Assembly (NCBI GenBank): GCA_041738755.1
Contig: JBGSPE010000003.1
Span: forward strand, 1 to 60,601
Reading direction: 5' to 3'
DNA: 60,601 nucleotides
From: Minisyncoccia bacterium
GTDB taxonomy: Bacteria > Patescibacteriota > Minisyncoccia > Phycocordibacterales > UBA918
The number at the start of each line of letters is the position of its first letter. The stretch's first letter is position 1. The notes beneath the pieces were generated by a model. It had not been told where the DNA came from and did not search any database. It worked only from the letters and a program-made list of their open reading frames with translations. Of the stretch, positions 1 through 11,278 are shown in pieces. The translations under genes and the position numbers were made by a program.

Positions 1-72
1 TTTCTAAACGTGTTCAGGAGAAGATAGACGCTGAAAATAGTTTCGAACCTAAGAAACACCGCTCTAATAAAC

Positions 73-102
73 GACAAAACGACTCTTTCAAGTCGCTTTG
101 TC
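73..102 (-). terminator. Intrinsic terminator downstream of tRNA-Asn
   Basis: Minus-strand hairpin GACAAAGCGACT-TGAAAG-AGTCGTTTTGTC followed by GTTTATT, just after the tRNA 3' end. Confidence 0.65.
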
Positions 103-110
103 CTGCATTG

Positions 111-442
111 CTCCGCGGGTAGGATTCGAACCTACGACCAATCGGTTACACGTATCCGTACGTTTCCGTAGGGGTGGACTATATCATCATCCTTTCTCTG
201 AGAGATGAGGATGTAAGGCGCTTCGACTCGCTTTCACGAGGCTACTCCCGTAAGGGATAGTCTCTGAACCTTCAATGGATGTAACTCCAAAGCTTGGCTG
301 CTGATCGCCCTCGTCGCACTAAGCGCACGTTAGGGGTTCCAGCAATTCACCTTATTTTCAATACCGATTTCTCTGGTAAGGCTGCTATTTAGAACATTGT
401 TCAATGTTACAGCCGACTGCTCTACCGCTGAGCTACCGCGGA
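111..442 (-). tRNA. tRNA-Asn(GTT), intron-containing (exons 442-409 and 148-111)
   Basis: Joined exons give TCCGCGG TA GCTC AGCGGTA GAGC A GTCGG CT-GT|T-AA CCGAT TGGTC GTAGG TTCGAAT CCTAC CCGCGGA G, a canonical cloverleaf with anticodon GTT and discriminator G; CCA is not encoded. Confidence 0.95.
149..408 (-). ncRNA. Group I self-splicing intron (260 nt, no ORF) at tRNA position 35/36
   Basis: Minus strand shows P AATTGCTGGAA (347-337), Q GATCAGCAGCC (306-296), R GTTCAGAGACTA (269-258) and S GATATAGTCC (185-176). IGS GCAGCC (385-380) pairs with exon GGCTGT including the U-G at the 5' splice site. P3 is TAAGGTG/CGCCTTA and the terminal omega-G is at 149. Confidence 0.93.
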
Positions 443-479
443 ATACTATTCTGTTGTTCGTTCTTTGTAGCTGTTTAAA

Positions 480-612
480 GTGATTTCTGTGGAGCAGTCG
501 ACTACGCCGACCCTCTTACAGAGGCTGTTCAGGTTATCGCCCAGACGGGCTGGCAACCTCTTGCGAAAGTCCCCCGGACTTTCTCACTCTACCGCTGAGC
601 TACCGCGGAGCA
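480..612. repeat. tRNA-derived structured element with an exact 23-nt copy of the tRNA-Asn 5' end
   Basis: 587-609 is identical to 420-442. Internal hairpins are GAAAGTCC-CCC-GGACTTTC, AGGTT..GCCC-AGAC-GGGC..AACCT and CCTCT-TAC-AGAGG. Confidence 0.7.
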
Positions 613-650
613 CACCAATTGTTTATTACTCACTATACGTAAGTGGGACT

Positions 651-678
651 ATTGTACAGTTTTCTGAACGGTTTTCAA
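651..678 (-). promoter_or_regulatory. Sigma70-type promoter for the leader/tRNA-Asn transcript
   Basis: Minus-strand TTGAAA-16 nt-TACAAT. Confidence 0.55.
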
Positions 679-695
679 TAGGCATGTATTGTACA

Positions 696-722
696 AAAAA
701 TCCGGCTCAAAGCCGGATTTTT
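696..722 (-). terminator. Intrinsic terminator after the nitroreductase
   Basis: AAAAATCCGGCT-CAA-AGCCGGATTTTT hairpin right after the stop at 725. Confidence 0.7.
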
Positions 723-724
723 GA

Positions 725-1357
725 CTATTTTGTGACAACGATATCCTTCAAATCTCGTCGCACCTTGATATAGTGTTGCCATTCATCAGTTGAAGAACGG
801 TACCCCACGGCCAAAAGCACACCCGCGGTGAGGTTGTGTTCTTTTAATCCGAGTACTTCATCAAATCCAGCTGGATTAAATCCTTCCAGGGCGTGGTTAT
901 CAACCTCAAGCAGTGAAGCCTGGGCCATCATGCCACCAAGAGCCAAGAAGGCTTGTCGTTTCGCCCAGACGAGTCGCTCTGCTTCAGATCGAGCAACAAT
1001 ATCACCCACCATGACATCCTTGAAACCATCAGCACTACCGGCAGGAAGGTTTCTGGTTGTTTCAATTCGCGCAGTGTATTCCGCTACAAAAGCTTCATCA
1101 ATGTCGGTTCGAGCCGCAATCACAATCAGGTGTGAATTTTCAGCTACGTGCTTTTGACCATACGCATGCTCAACCAGTGATTGCTTAACAACTTCATCAC
1201 TCACCACCACAAATGAAAATGGTTGGAGACCGTAGGCGGTTGGCATTAAATTACCAGCGGTTAAAATTGCCTCGAGTGTTTCTTCGGGAACCTTCTTTTC
1301 GGTATCAAATTGATTGACGGCATATCGCCACGCCAGTGCTTCGGTTAAGGTATGCAT
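725..1357 (-). CDS. NAD(P)H-dependent nitroreductase (NfsB-like)
   Basis: WRYAVNQFD (RxxxKxF-like FMN motif), PTAYGLQPF and EGFN motifs. Confidence 0.9.
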   Translation of the reverse strand: MHTLTEALAWRYAVNQFDTEKKVPEETLEAILTAGNLMPTAYGLQPFSFVVVSDEVVKQSLVEHAYGQKHVAENSHLIVIAARTDIDEAFVAEYTARIETTRNLPAGSADGFKDVMVGDIVARSEAERLVWAKRQAFLALGGMMAQASLLEVDNHALEGFNPAGFDEVLGLKEHNLTAGVLLAVGYRSSTDEWQHYIKVRRDLKDIVVTK

Positions 1358-1397
1358 AGTGTTTGATTAAAAATAATGACAGTATTGTGAAGCACCA

Positions 1398-1454
1398 ACT
1401 TTACAAAGTAAAGTTATTCAGCGATTACGACATAGTGACTTTACATTGTAAAGT
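1398..1454. promoter_or_regulatory. Two palindromic operator boxes ACTTTAC-N3-GTAAAGT (1398-1414 and 1438-1454)
   Basis: Two near-identical inverted repeats 40 bp apart, between the divergent nitroreductase and HxlR-family genes. Confidence 0.75.
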
Positions 1455-1482
1455 ATATTGAATCTGTTATAGTGCTAGGAAT

Positions 1483-1779
1483 ATGCATGAAGACGCCGGA
1501 AAACACACCTGCCCTATCACCAAAGTAGCTGAGCTCCTGTCCGATACCTGGACCATGTTAATTATGCGAGCTCTCACCGAAGGCCCGAAGCGCTTCAGTG
1601 AGCTAAAGATCTGGCTTGATACCATTTCTACCAGAACCCTCACCCTAAAACTGCAGAAACTTACGATCGAGGGGTTAATAGAAAAAACACCCGATGGACT
1701 CTATAAAGTAACTGAAAAAGGTGCCGGTTTAAAAATCATTGAGCGTGCAATGGTGAAATATAGCGAAAAATATTTGTAA
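1483..1779 (+). CDS. HxlR/DUF24 (MarR-type winged-helix) transcriptional regulator
   Basis: CPITKVAELLSDTWTMLI..GPKRFSEL..ISTRTLTLKL..Y.VTEKG pattern with the conserved N-terminal Cys. Confidence 0.9.
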   Translation: MHEDAGKHTCPITKVAELLSDTWTMLIMRALTEGPKRFSELKIWLDTISTRTLTLKLQKLTIEGLIEKTPDGLYKVTEKGAGLKIIERAMVKYSEKYL

Positions 1780-1782
1780 TCT

Positions 1783-2646
1783 ATGCCAGAACTTCCAGAG
1801 GTCGAAACCGTTCGACTACAACTTCGTCATAAAGTAAGTAATAAAACGATTGCTTCAGTGACTGTCTATCATGCAAAAACAGTGGCTCATGATGCTACCA
1901 TTAGCAAAAAGCTACGAGGTAAAACTATCGAAGATATTGATCGGATTGGAAAGTTGATGATTTTTTCTTTTACCGATGAAGCGGATTTATTTCTTCTGGC
2001 TCACCTCAAAATGACTGGGCAATTCTTCTACGTTGATGAAAACGGTACGGTCGTTGGGGGTGGTCACACCTTCACCAAAAGCAATCATATTCTTCCCTCT
2101 TCTCACACTCGAGTAGCCTTTCATTTTACAGACAATACAACACTTTTCTTCAACGATATGCGTCTCTTTGGCTACACGAAGCTCGCAACGAAGGCTGAGG
2201 TCGCTCTTGCCCGTAACGGCTATGGTCCAGAACCAATTGATCCTGAATTTGATTGTGAGTGGTTTACCAAAAAACTTCGCTCACGAAAAACGCCGGTAAA
2301 AGCTGCTCTCCTCGACCAATCATTTGTAGCTGGGCTTGGTAATATCTATGTGGACGAAGCCCTCTGGCGAGCCAAAGTTCGACCAATGCGAAGAGCGGAC
2401 CGGGTTACCAAAGCTGAAGCAGCGGCTCTTTGTGCCGCCTCAGGTGACGTGATGAATGAATCAATCAAGGTTGGTGGAACAACCTTCCAGCACTTTGTCG
2501 ACACTGGTGGTGATGCCGGAAATTTTACCGATTATCTACGGGTCTTTGGTAAGCAAGATACCCCCTGTTCGCGCTGTGGCACGATTATTAAAAAGACCCG
2601 CTGTGCGGGTCGCGGAACACACTATTGTCCCGGCTGTCAGAAGTAA
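1783..2646 (+). CDS. mutM: Formamidopyrimidine-DNA glycosylase
   Basis: N-terminal PELPEVE, HLKMTG, GLGNIY and C-terminal zinc finger CSRC..CPGCQ. Confidence 0.97.
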   Translation: MPELPEVETVRLQLRHKVSNKTIASVTVYHAKTVAHDATISKKLRGKTIEDIDRIGKLMIFSFTDEADLFLLAHLKMTGQFFYVDENGTVVGGGHTFTKSNHILPSSHTRVAFHFTDNTTLFFNDMRLFGYTKLATKAEVALARNGYGPEPIDPEFDCEWFTKKLRSRKTPVKAALLDQSFVAGLGNIYVDEALWRAKVRPMRRADRVTKAEAAALCAASGDVMNESIKVGGTTFQHFVDTGGDAGNFTDYLRVFGKQDTPCSRCGTIIKKTRCAGRGTHYCPGCQK

Positions 2647-2651
2647 CAAGG

Positions 2652-3119
2652 TTAGACACGACTTGGCCAACTCACCTGTGAAAGTGCAAAAACCATAATA
2701 CAGTATGCGAGTATTCCGACAAAAAACAGATATATCAAACCCATCGTAACAACATCAATTGCAACTGCTTTAGTGACAATATTACTTGTAGTAAAAAACT
2801 CATAGAGTGCATAAAAAAACAAAACTACAAAAGCGACGACTACCAACCAAAAAACTGGGACAGAAATATAATCCAAAATATCTTTAATTGATTCAGATAA
2901 AAACTCAGTATACAGGACCAGGCTTATCACAAAAAAAGGGAAAAAAATCAAAACGGCACAAAAATACTTTGCAAGTGGTGATTCGATAAAATATTGTTTT
3001 TGTTTAAAGAAAAAATTAACCGCAATAAGTAGCAGAGGAACAGTTGCTACTAAACAAACAATCCATGTCTGATCAATAAGTAGTTTGCTAAAGGATGTAA
3101 GAAATTTTTCTAAAAACAT
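2652..3119 (-). CDS. Hypothetical membrane protein (about 4 TM), AT-rich
   Basis: 155-aa ORF with four hydrophobic segments filling the intergenic space. Confidence 0.65.
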   Translation of the reverse strand: MFLEKFLTSFSKLLIDQTWIVCLVATVPLLLIAVNFFFKQKQYFIESPLAKYFCAVLIFFPFFVISLVLYTEFLSESIKDILDYISVPVFWLVVVAFVVLFFYALYEFFTTSNIVTKAVAIDVVTMGLIYLFFVGILAYCIMVFALSQVSWPSRV

Positions 3120-3171
3120 ACAGTGTGGTATTAGTGCTTATTACGTGTTTAAGGTCATTTACCGTTGGTCA

Positions 3172-3396
3172 TTATTTGATATTTGGTTCAACACCAAACC
3201 TGCCCCAGTGCACCTTACCCCAGGCTCGTTCGTGTAAGTAGTAAAAGAGAATTTTCACCGTTACATCTACTACACCAACACTAGCTACTAATTCTAAGTT
3301 GCCAGTGACGATAAACACCACTAGCATAGTGGTGCCTGAAGCTATAAAACGCCACGTTATTCCTTTTGCAACACTGCGGGTATGTGATTCAGTCAT
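3172..3396 (-). CDS. DUF2061-family small membrane protein
   Basis: [22 protein letters not shown] signature. Confidence 0.85.
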   Translation of the reverse strand: MTESHTRSVAKGITWRFIASGTTMLVVFIVTGNLELVASVGVVDVTVKILFYYLHERAWGKVHWGRFGVEPNIK

Positions 3397-3431
3397 ATAC
3401 CAAACAGTGTACCACTTGTTATACTGGCACC

Positions 3432-4100
3432 ATGAAGATTTTACTTGATTCGGGGTGGAAAAATCTCTTGCGTGATGAGTTCGAAAAACCGTATTTTAAA
3501 GAGCTGGACCGGGCCCTTTCCTATGCCTATGAGACGAGGGAGATTTTTCCACCTGAGCCACTGATATTCAATGCCTGTAATCATTGCTCCTTTGAAAATG
3601 TGAAGGTAGTCATCCTTGGCCAGGATCCGTACCATGGACCTGGCCAGGCCCATGGACTTGCCTTCTCTGTTCAAGATGCTGTTCCTATTCCACCATCATT
3701 ACGCAATATCTACCAAGAAATTGTGAGTGACATAGGAGGAGAAGTCCCTGGGAGTGGCAATCTCGAACGCTGGAGCAAACAAGGTGTACTGCTTCTTAAC
3801 ACCACACTGACAGTGGAGCCGGGCGAAGCAGGTAGTCACGCTGGGTGGGGCTGGGAGCAGTTTACAGACCGGGTCATTGAGACAATCTCCACGAAAAAAT
3901 CAGGCGTCGTGTTTCTCCTTTGGGGCAAACACGCCCAATCAAAATTGACATTGATTGATACCAAAAAACATTTGGCATTAGAGGCCGCCCACCCTTCTCC
4001 GCTCTCAGCGTACCGAGGTTTTTTTGGCTGTAAACATTTTAGCCAAACGAACGACTATCTCATCTCACAATCACTTACACCAATCAACTGGCTACCCTAA
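3432..4100 (+). CDS. ung: Uracil-DNA glycosylase (family 1)
   Basis: GQDPYH, GVLLLN and HPSPLS motifs; start moved to ATG 3432, 6 nt after TGTTATACT. Confidence 0.96.
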   Translation: MKILLDSGWKNLLRDEFEKPYFKELDRALSYAYETREIFPPEPLIFNACNHCSFENVKVVILGQDPYHGPGQAHGLAFSVQDAVPIPPSLRNIYQEIVSDIGGEVPGSGNLERWSKQGVLLLNTTLTVEPGEAGSHAGWGWEQFTDRVIETISTKKSGVVFLLWGKHAQSKLTLIDTKKHLALEAAHPSPLSAYRGFFGCKHFSQTNDYLISQSLTPINWLP

Positions 4101-5659
4101 GCCAAGCCTGGGAAAAAGTCTTTAGTGAGATTTTTTTCTTTTACTCCCATCGACTTTAGTAACTTTGCATATGCCGCTACCATGCCCGGCGGACCAGAGA
4201 GATACCAATGCCGTTCTAAAACGTCTGGCGTCAACCGAGTAATCATGTCAGCGGTAATAAATCCATGCTCATACGGAGCCGTAAGTTGTTCGTCTGAGAG
4301 GACGTGTACAACCTTAAAAGCAAACGTTTGTTCTGCCGCCCTAAATGTATCGTTATAGGCAATTTCGGCCTGTGTTTTATTACAGTAATACAAAACTGTG
4401 TCGTGGGCTTTACCACTATCAACCATGTACTTGATGTGACTTCGAAATGGTGTGACACCGATTCCCCCAGCGATAAAGCCGAGTTTCTTTGTGGTGTCTT
4501 TTGGTAACACAAAATCCCCTGCCAGCTGACTCGCAATGACCGGTTGTCCGTTATCGAGTGTTTGTAAGGCGGCTTTGTAGCTACTGCCGTTTGGCATATG
4601 TTTGAGAGAGAGGTGTACGTCAGCCTCAGTTGGCGAAGAAGCGATGGTGAAGTACCGCCTGATTCCTCTTTCATCACTTTTTTGGTGCGGTAACATCCAT
4701 TCTAGATATTGCCCAGGCACAAAGGTAAAACCAAACGGCTTTTCAAAGATATACTCAAAGGTATCTTTTGCAATCTCACGTTTTTCTTTGAGCTTGAGGA
4801 AGAGTTTTTGGCGGAGTGTGAATGGATAAAACAAAACATTACCCACAATCAGCGCTAATTCTGGTGTCATTTTTATAAACGGGAGAAAAGCGGTTGTCTG
4901 GGACAAGAATCCCACAACTGCACCGTATGCCGTCTGCTGTTCTTTCCGAGGCGGTGTTGTAAATGGCTCAGTGAGCATAAAAAAGGCTAAAAATAACGTT
5001 GGACCTGACGTAAAAAATCCAGGAGCAATCATCGAGAGATCGCCAGCAAAGCGCCACTCTTCAAACACATAGACTAGGTATGCCACGGCTACAAATGAGG
5101 TAATCGGTACCCATTTTCGCACCTTACTCACAACGGTCGCTCCTGCGAGAAGCAGTGGGATAAATAATACCGGCTGACCAATCCACCACCCTGTTTCAAA
5201 GTACCCTGGCGGTAAGTCAACAAAAGAATAGATAATCATCACAGCGAGAGTACCAGCCGCAGCCGGGTTTATGATGTGCTGTTTTCGCCAGACGATGACG
5301 TATTTTGAAAGGACAGCAAAGAAAATTGCTGCCGCTCCAATTAATGAATACTGCAGCTCATTCATTTGAGCAGGAAGCACCAAGAAAAAAACAATCAAAC
5401 CAGTAATTATGGCCGACTCATGGTTGGCACTCACCCTAAACAAAAACGCCAGGAGAATATTACTGCAGAGCGCCACCCCACAAATGATGAACAATGAAAT
5501 GATTTGTTCTGGTACGGTATAGGGGGAAAGATTGAATAATCCTGCCAAAAGTGAACATATCACTAAAAAGAGCAGTGCGAGCGTGACAGTACGGTACATA
5601 CCGGTCGCATCAAGCTTTTTTTGAATAACGGTAATCGGTGCAAAAAATTTCTGTTTCAT
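4097..5659 (-). CDS. RnfD/NqrB-like membrane domain fused to an FNR-type FAD/NAD(P)-binding oxidoreductase
   Basis: About 10 TM helices with HIINPAA and [11 protein letters not shown] (RnfD/NqrB FNPA and FMATDPVT-like). C-terminal [17 protein letters not shown] and YLSGPPGM are FNR motifs. Confidence 0.85.
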   Translation of the reverse strand: MKQKFFAPITVIQKKLDATGMYRTVTLALLFLVICSLLAGLFNLSPYTVPEQIISLFIICGVALCSNILLAFLFRVSANHESAIITGLIVFFLVLPAQMNELQYSLIGAAAIFFAVLSKYVIVWRKQHIINPAAAGTLAVMIIYSFVDLPPGYFETGWWIGQPVLFIPLLLAGATVVSKVRKWVPITSFVAVAYLVYVFEEWRFAGDLSMIAPGFFTSGPTLFLAFFMLTEPFTTPPRKEQQTAYGAVVGFLSQTTAFLPFIKMTPELALIVGNVLFYPFTLRQKLFLKLKEKREIAKDTFEYIFEKPFGFTFVPGQYLEWMLPHQKSDERGIRRYFTIASSPTEADVHLSLKHMPNGSSYKAALQTLDNGQPVIASQLAGDFVLPKDTTKKLGFIAGGIGVTPFRSHIKYMVDSGKAHDTVLYYCNKTQAEIAYNDTFRAAEQTFAFKVVHVLSDEQLTAPYEHGFITADMITRLTPDVLERHWYLSGPPGMVAAYAKLLKSMGVKEKNLTKDFFPGLA

Positions 5660-5741
5660 ACGTAGTAGCATTGTACCTGAAAAAGTAGAGCTTTTTGAGT
5701 AGACCGTGTATACTAACCCGAAATAAATTTTAAATCATATT

Positions 5742-6248
5742 ATGCCAATCATTATTGCAATTGTTGCTGTTATTGCCATTTTAGGAGTTGGAGGCTATGT
5801 ACTGCAGTCAAATACAGTAGAAGATAGTGTTATTGCTCCGACTGAAATTACCACCCGACCGGAAGAGGCTACTAGACCGACAGAAACGGCAGAGGTGACT
5901 GACGCAGAACCAGCTCCGGCTACTACAGCGCCTGCACCAGTAGCTGAAACTAGTTCAGAAATGACATACAAGGCCCGTGGCGAGTATCTCACCCCAGCCC
6001 GAACCAATCACATAATTGATGTGACCCTTACCCTAGAGAATGGTATCGTCACTGCTGCTGATGTGATCTACGACGAAGGAGATGGCTTTTCAAACCCTCA
6101 CCAACAACGCTTTGATGGCGCGTACAAAGCCCAAGTAGTTGGTAAGCGTCTGGATGAAATCAATCTTTCACGAGTTGGAGGAGCCTCAGTTACGTCACGT
6201 TCATTTAACGAGGTAATTGCTGATATTGAAGCACAAATCAACGCCTAG
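5742..6248 (+). CDS. Membrane-anchored FMN-binding (flavinylated; NqrC/RnfG-like) domain protein
   Basis: N-terminal TM anchor, T/A/P/E-rich linker and C-terminal domain with V.LTLENG.VT and SRVGGASVTS ([S/T]GA[S/T]-like flavinylation site). Confidence 0.8.
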   Translation: MPIIIAIVAVIAILGVGGYVLQSNTVEDSVIAPTEITTRPEEATRPTETAEVTDAEPAPATTAPAPVAETSSEMTYKARGEYLTPARTNHIIDVTLTLENGIVTAADVIYDEGDGFSNPHQQRFDGAYKAQVVGKRLDEINLSRVGGASVTSRSFNEVIADIEAQINA

Positions 6249-6253
6249 ATAGT

Positions 6254-7117
6254 ATGGTGCAGGATTCCTTCCCAGCACTTGGAACAACCTGGTGGATTGA
6301 AGTATTTGACGATATTGATGCAGAACAAGCGAGCTCGGCCTTAGGCCGAGCTCGCTTGTTAATTGAAACCTTTGAAGCGAATTATTCTCGCTTTAAACCC
6401 GACTCCTTGCTTTCACAGCTAAATCACAAAGGTATCTTTGAAAACCCTACGAGCGAATGGCGGGATATTTTACTACTCGGTCAAACCTTATACAACAAGA
6501 CCAATGGCGCCTTTAATTTTCTTACTGGTAATATTTTGTCTAACCGAGGGTACGACAAGGACTACTCATTTACCCCCACCGGGACTCCAGAGATATTCTA
6601 TGACCCACTGACAGATATCGTTATCGAACCTGAAAAAGTAACACTGCGCCAGGGACAGGTTGACATCGGTGGATATGGTAAGGGGTATCTCATTGATCGG
6701 GTAAAAGAATTATTTCAAACCATAGGCATCCAGTATTTTTTAATTAATGGTGGTGGCGATATGTATGCCTCGAGCGATAACGGGAGACCGCTCACCATCT
6801 ACCTGGAGCATCCGCTCCAGGTAGAAACGTATATAAATGAAACGACTCTATACGAGCAAGGCTTTGCTGCCTCAAGCCCCTTTAAACGCCAGTGGCGGCA
6901 CGCTAATAGGACCTATTCGCATATTGTGAGTCAAGAACCATTACCACTTACGGCGACCTTTACAAAGGCACCGAGCGCCGCCTTGGCTGACGCTTTTGCC
7001 ACCACTGCCCTTTTATTACCACAAACAACACTAATCGAACTTGCTGCCCTGCATGGATTTGCCATAGCTCAGTTTGACCCAAGCATAAACGAAATCTGGT
7101 ATACACAGAATTTCTAA
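6254..7117 (+). CDS. apbE: FAD:protein FMN transferase
   Basis: ALGT, YSRFKPDS, DIGGYGKGY, INGGGD, SHI and ADAFATT ApbE motifs. Confidence 0.92.
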   Translation: MVQDSFPALGTTWWIEVFDDIDAEQASSALGRARLLIETFEANYSRFKPDSLLSQLNHKGIFENPTSEWRDILLLGQTLYNKTNGAFNFLTGNILSNRGYDKDYSFTPTGTPEIFYDPLTDIVIEPEKVTLRQGQVDIGGYGKGYLIDRVKELFQTIGIQYFLINGGGDMYASSDNGRPLTIYLEHPLQVETYINETTLYEQGFAASSPFKRQWRHANRTYSHIVSQEPLPLTATFTKAPSAALADAFATTALLLPQTTLIELAALHGFAIAQFDPSINEIWYTQNF

Positions 7118-7127
7118 CAATCCAAGC

Positions 7128-7174
7128 TAACACCACAAAACCCCCAAGCCTTGCTTGGGGGTTTTGTGGTGTTA
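7128..7174. terminator. Bidirectional terminator between apbE and atpC
   Basis: 22-bp perfect stem TAACACCACAAAACCCCCAAGC-CTT-GCTTGGGGGTTTTGTGGTGTTA between convergent genes. Confidence 0.85.
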
Positions 7175-7184
7175 CTACTCTTAT

Positions 7185-7445
7185 CTACGCAATGTTCTCA
7201 GTAGTCTCATTGACCAACAGAACTGCCTGACTACCAGGCCGTACTTCAAGCACTCCGCCACCAGTAGTATAGGTAATAGTGACTTCCCCTTTTTTAACTG
7301 TCATTTGGCCCGGACGAACGATAGTAATGAGTGGTGAGTGATTTGCGAGCACACCAATCACCCCTGACTCGGTTGGCAGTGTAATTTCGTCAACCATGTC
7401 ATTATAGACAGTTCGATCAGTGGTGAGGATTCGCAGGTGCAACAT
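7185..7445 (-). CDS. atpC: ATP synthase F1 epsilon subunit (N-terminal domain only)
   Basis: LPTESGVIGVLANHSP and GGVLEV; last gene of the atp operon. Confidence 0.92.
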   Translation of the reverse strand: MLHLRILTTDRTVYNDMVDEITLPTESGVIGVLANHSPLITIVRPGQMTVKKGEVTITYTTGGGVLEVRPGSQAVLLVNETTENIA

Positions 7446-7449
7446 AGGT

Positions 7450-9755
<2,306 letters not shown>

Positions 9756-9769
9756 ACCTCATTCATTAC

Positions 9770-11266
9770 TTACGCTGCTTTGGTTGCTGCAAACTCGGTG
9801 ATAGCTGATTTTAGTTCCGTTTCTTCTGCTTCACTCCAGCCTTTGGCGATTGCTGACAAAAGACTTTGTTTTGATGCATCGAGAAACGCCCCAAACCCTT
9901 CTTTCCAAGCAGCAATTTCGTGCACATGTAAATGATCAAGCGCACCACTGTTAACCGCGTAGATGTACGCTACCTGCTTAGACACGACAAGCGGACTGTA
10001 TTGTGATTGCTTCATTACTTCAGTAATTCGCTTTCCGCGCTCAAGTGTATTTTTAGTATCTTCATCGAGGTCTGAGTCAAATTGTGAAAAGCTTTCAAGC
10101 TCTCGATATTGTGCCAAGTTCAACTTCATTGAACCAGCATTTTTCTTCATTGATTTAATCTGCGCTGCTCCACCGACACGAGACACTGACGCACCCACAT
10201 TGATAGCTGGTCGTACTCCTTTATGAAAAAGACTAGACTCTAGAAAGATTTGACCGTCGGTAATTGAAATGACGTTGGTAGGAATGTAGGCTGAGTTGTC
10301 ACCTCCTTGGGTTTCAATGATTGGCAGAGCAGTAATTGACCCGCCACCCGCTTCGGCGTTCCGTCGACAGGCTCGCTCGAGAAGTCGTGAGTGGAGGTAA
10401 AAAACGTCTCCTGGATACGCTTCCCGCCCTGGTGGTCGTCGCAGGAGGAGAGAAATTTCTCGGTACGCTACCGCGTGCTTAGACAAATCATCGTATACCA
10501 CCAACACATCCTTCCCTTGCGCCATAAAGTACTCAGCAATAGTTGCTCCAGCATACGGTGCGAGATACAAGAGTGATGGAGCATCAGAAGCACCAGCTAG
10601 TACTACCGTCGTGTACTTCATCGCGCCGTGCTTTTCAAGCTCATTCACAAGCCGTGTCACCTTTGAGCGCTTCTGTCCAATCGCCACATAGACACAAACA
10701 ATATCTTCGCCTTTTTGATTTAAAATAGCATCAATCGCTACCGCAGTTTTACCAGTACCACGGTCTCCAATGATGAGTTCTCGCTGTCCTCGACCAATTG
10801 GTACCAAGGCATCGATTGCCATGATTCCGGTTTGGACTGGTTCAGACACTGGCTCTCTATCCATTACTCCCGGTGCAATTTTCTCAATTGGAAGTTCAGT
10901 TACATTCGTTAGTGAGGCCTTACCATCGAGCGGTCGCATGAGCGGGTCGACAATCCGTCCAATTACATCATCAGATACACCAACTGAGAGAATCTTTCCC
11001 GTTCTCGTCACCTTCTCACCTTCATGTACCGCTGAAGATTCACCAAGGAGAATGGTACCAACGGTGTCAGCTTCAAGGTTGAGCGCAATACCAGTCATGC
11101 CACTTTCAAAGGAAAGCATTTCAGATGACATACAGTCAGCTATGCCAGATACGCGGGCGATACCAGCAGATACAGATTGAACAATCCCGTAGGTTCCACT
11201 CGTTGGAGCCGTATCAGACGATTCAATCTTTTGTTGCAGGGTTTTGATTAATGCATCGGTGTTCAT
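9770..11266 (-). CDS. atpA: ATP synthase F1 alpha subunit
   Basis: GDRGTGKT and [24 protein letters not shown]. Confidence 0.99.
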   Translation of the reverse strand: MNTDALIKTLQQKIESSDTAPTSGTYGIVQSVSAGIARVSGIADCMSSEMLSFESGMTGIALNLEADTVGTILLGESSAVHEGEKVTRTGKILSVGVSDDVIGRIVDPLMRPLDGKASLTNVTELPIEKIAPGVMDREPVSEPVQTGIMAIDALVPIGRGQRELIIGDRGTGKTAVAIDAILNQKGEDIVCVYVAIGQKRSKVTRLVNELEKHGAMKYTTVVLAGASDAPSLLYLAPYAGATIAEYFMAQGKDVLVVYDDLSKHAVAYREISLLLRRPPGREAYPGDVFYLHSRLLERACRRNAEAGGGSITALPIIETQGGDNSAYIPTNVISITDGQIFLESSLFHKGVRPAINVGASVSRVGGAAQIKSMKKNAGSMKLNLAQYRELESFSQFDSDLDEDTKNTLERGKRITEVMKQSQYSPLVVSKQVAYIYAVNSGALDHLHVHEIAAWKEGFGAFLDASKQSLLSAIAKGWSEAEETELKSAITEFAATKAA

Positions 11267-11278
11267 AATGTAATTGTG

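Noticed and set aside
1-70. 3' end of a gene entering the window
   Set aside because: Too little sequence to assign a frame or product.
149-408. Homing endonuclease in the intron
   Set aside because: The intron is only 260 nt and is fully accounted for by core helices.
538-560. ZMP/ZTP (pfl) riboswitch suggested by minus-strand GCCAGCCCGTCTGGGC
   Set aside because: The upstream P1/P2 with the ACUGGC pseudoknot partner is absent and the downstream gene is a tRNA.
565-590. RNase P RNA suggested by minus-strand GAGAAAGTCCGGG
   Set aside because: The segment folds into a local hairpin, there is no 3' P4 partner, and the region is too short.
480-773. 97-aa ORF on the + strand
   Set aside because: It overlaps the tRNA-derived element, promoter, terminator and nitroreductase end, and has no protein motif.
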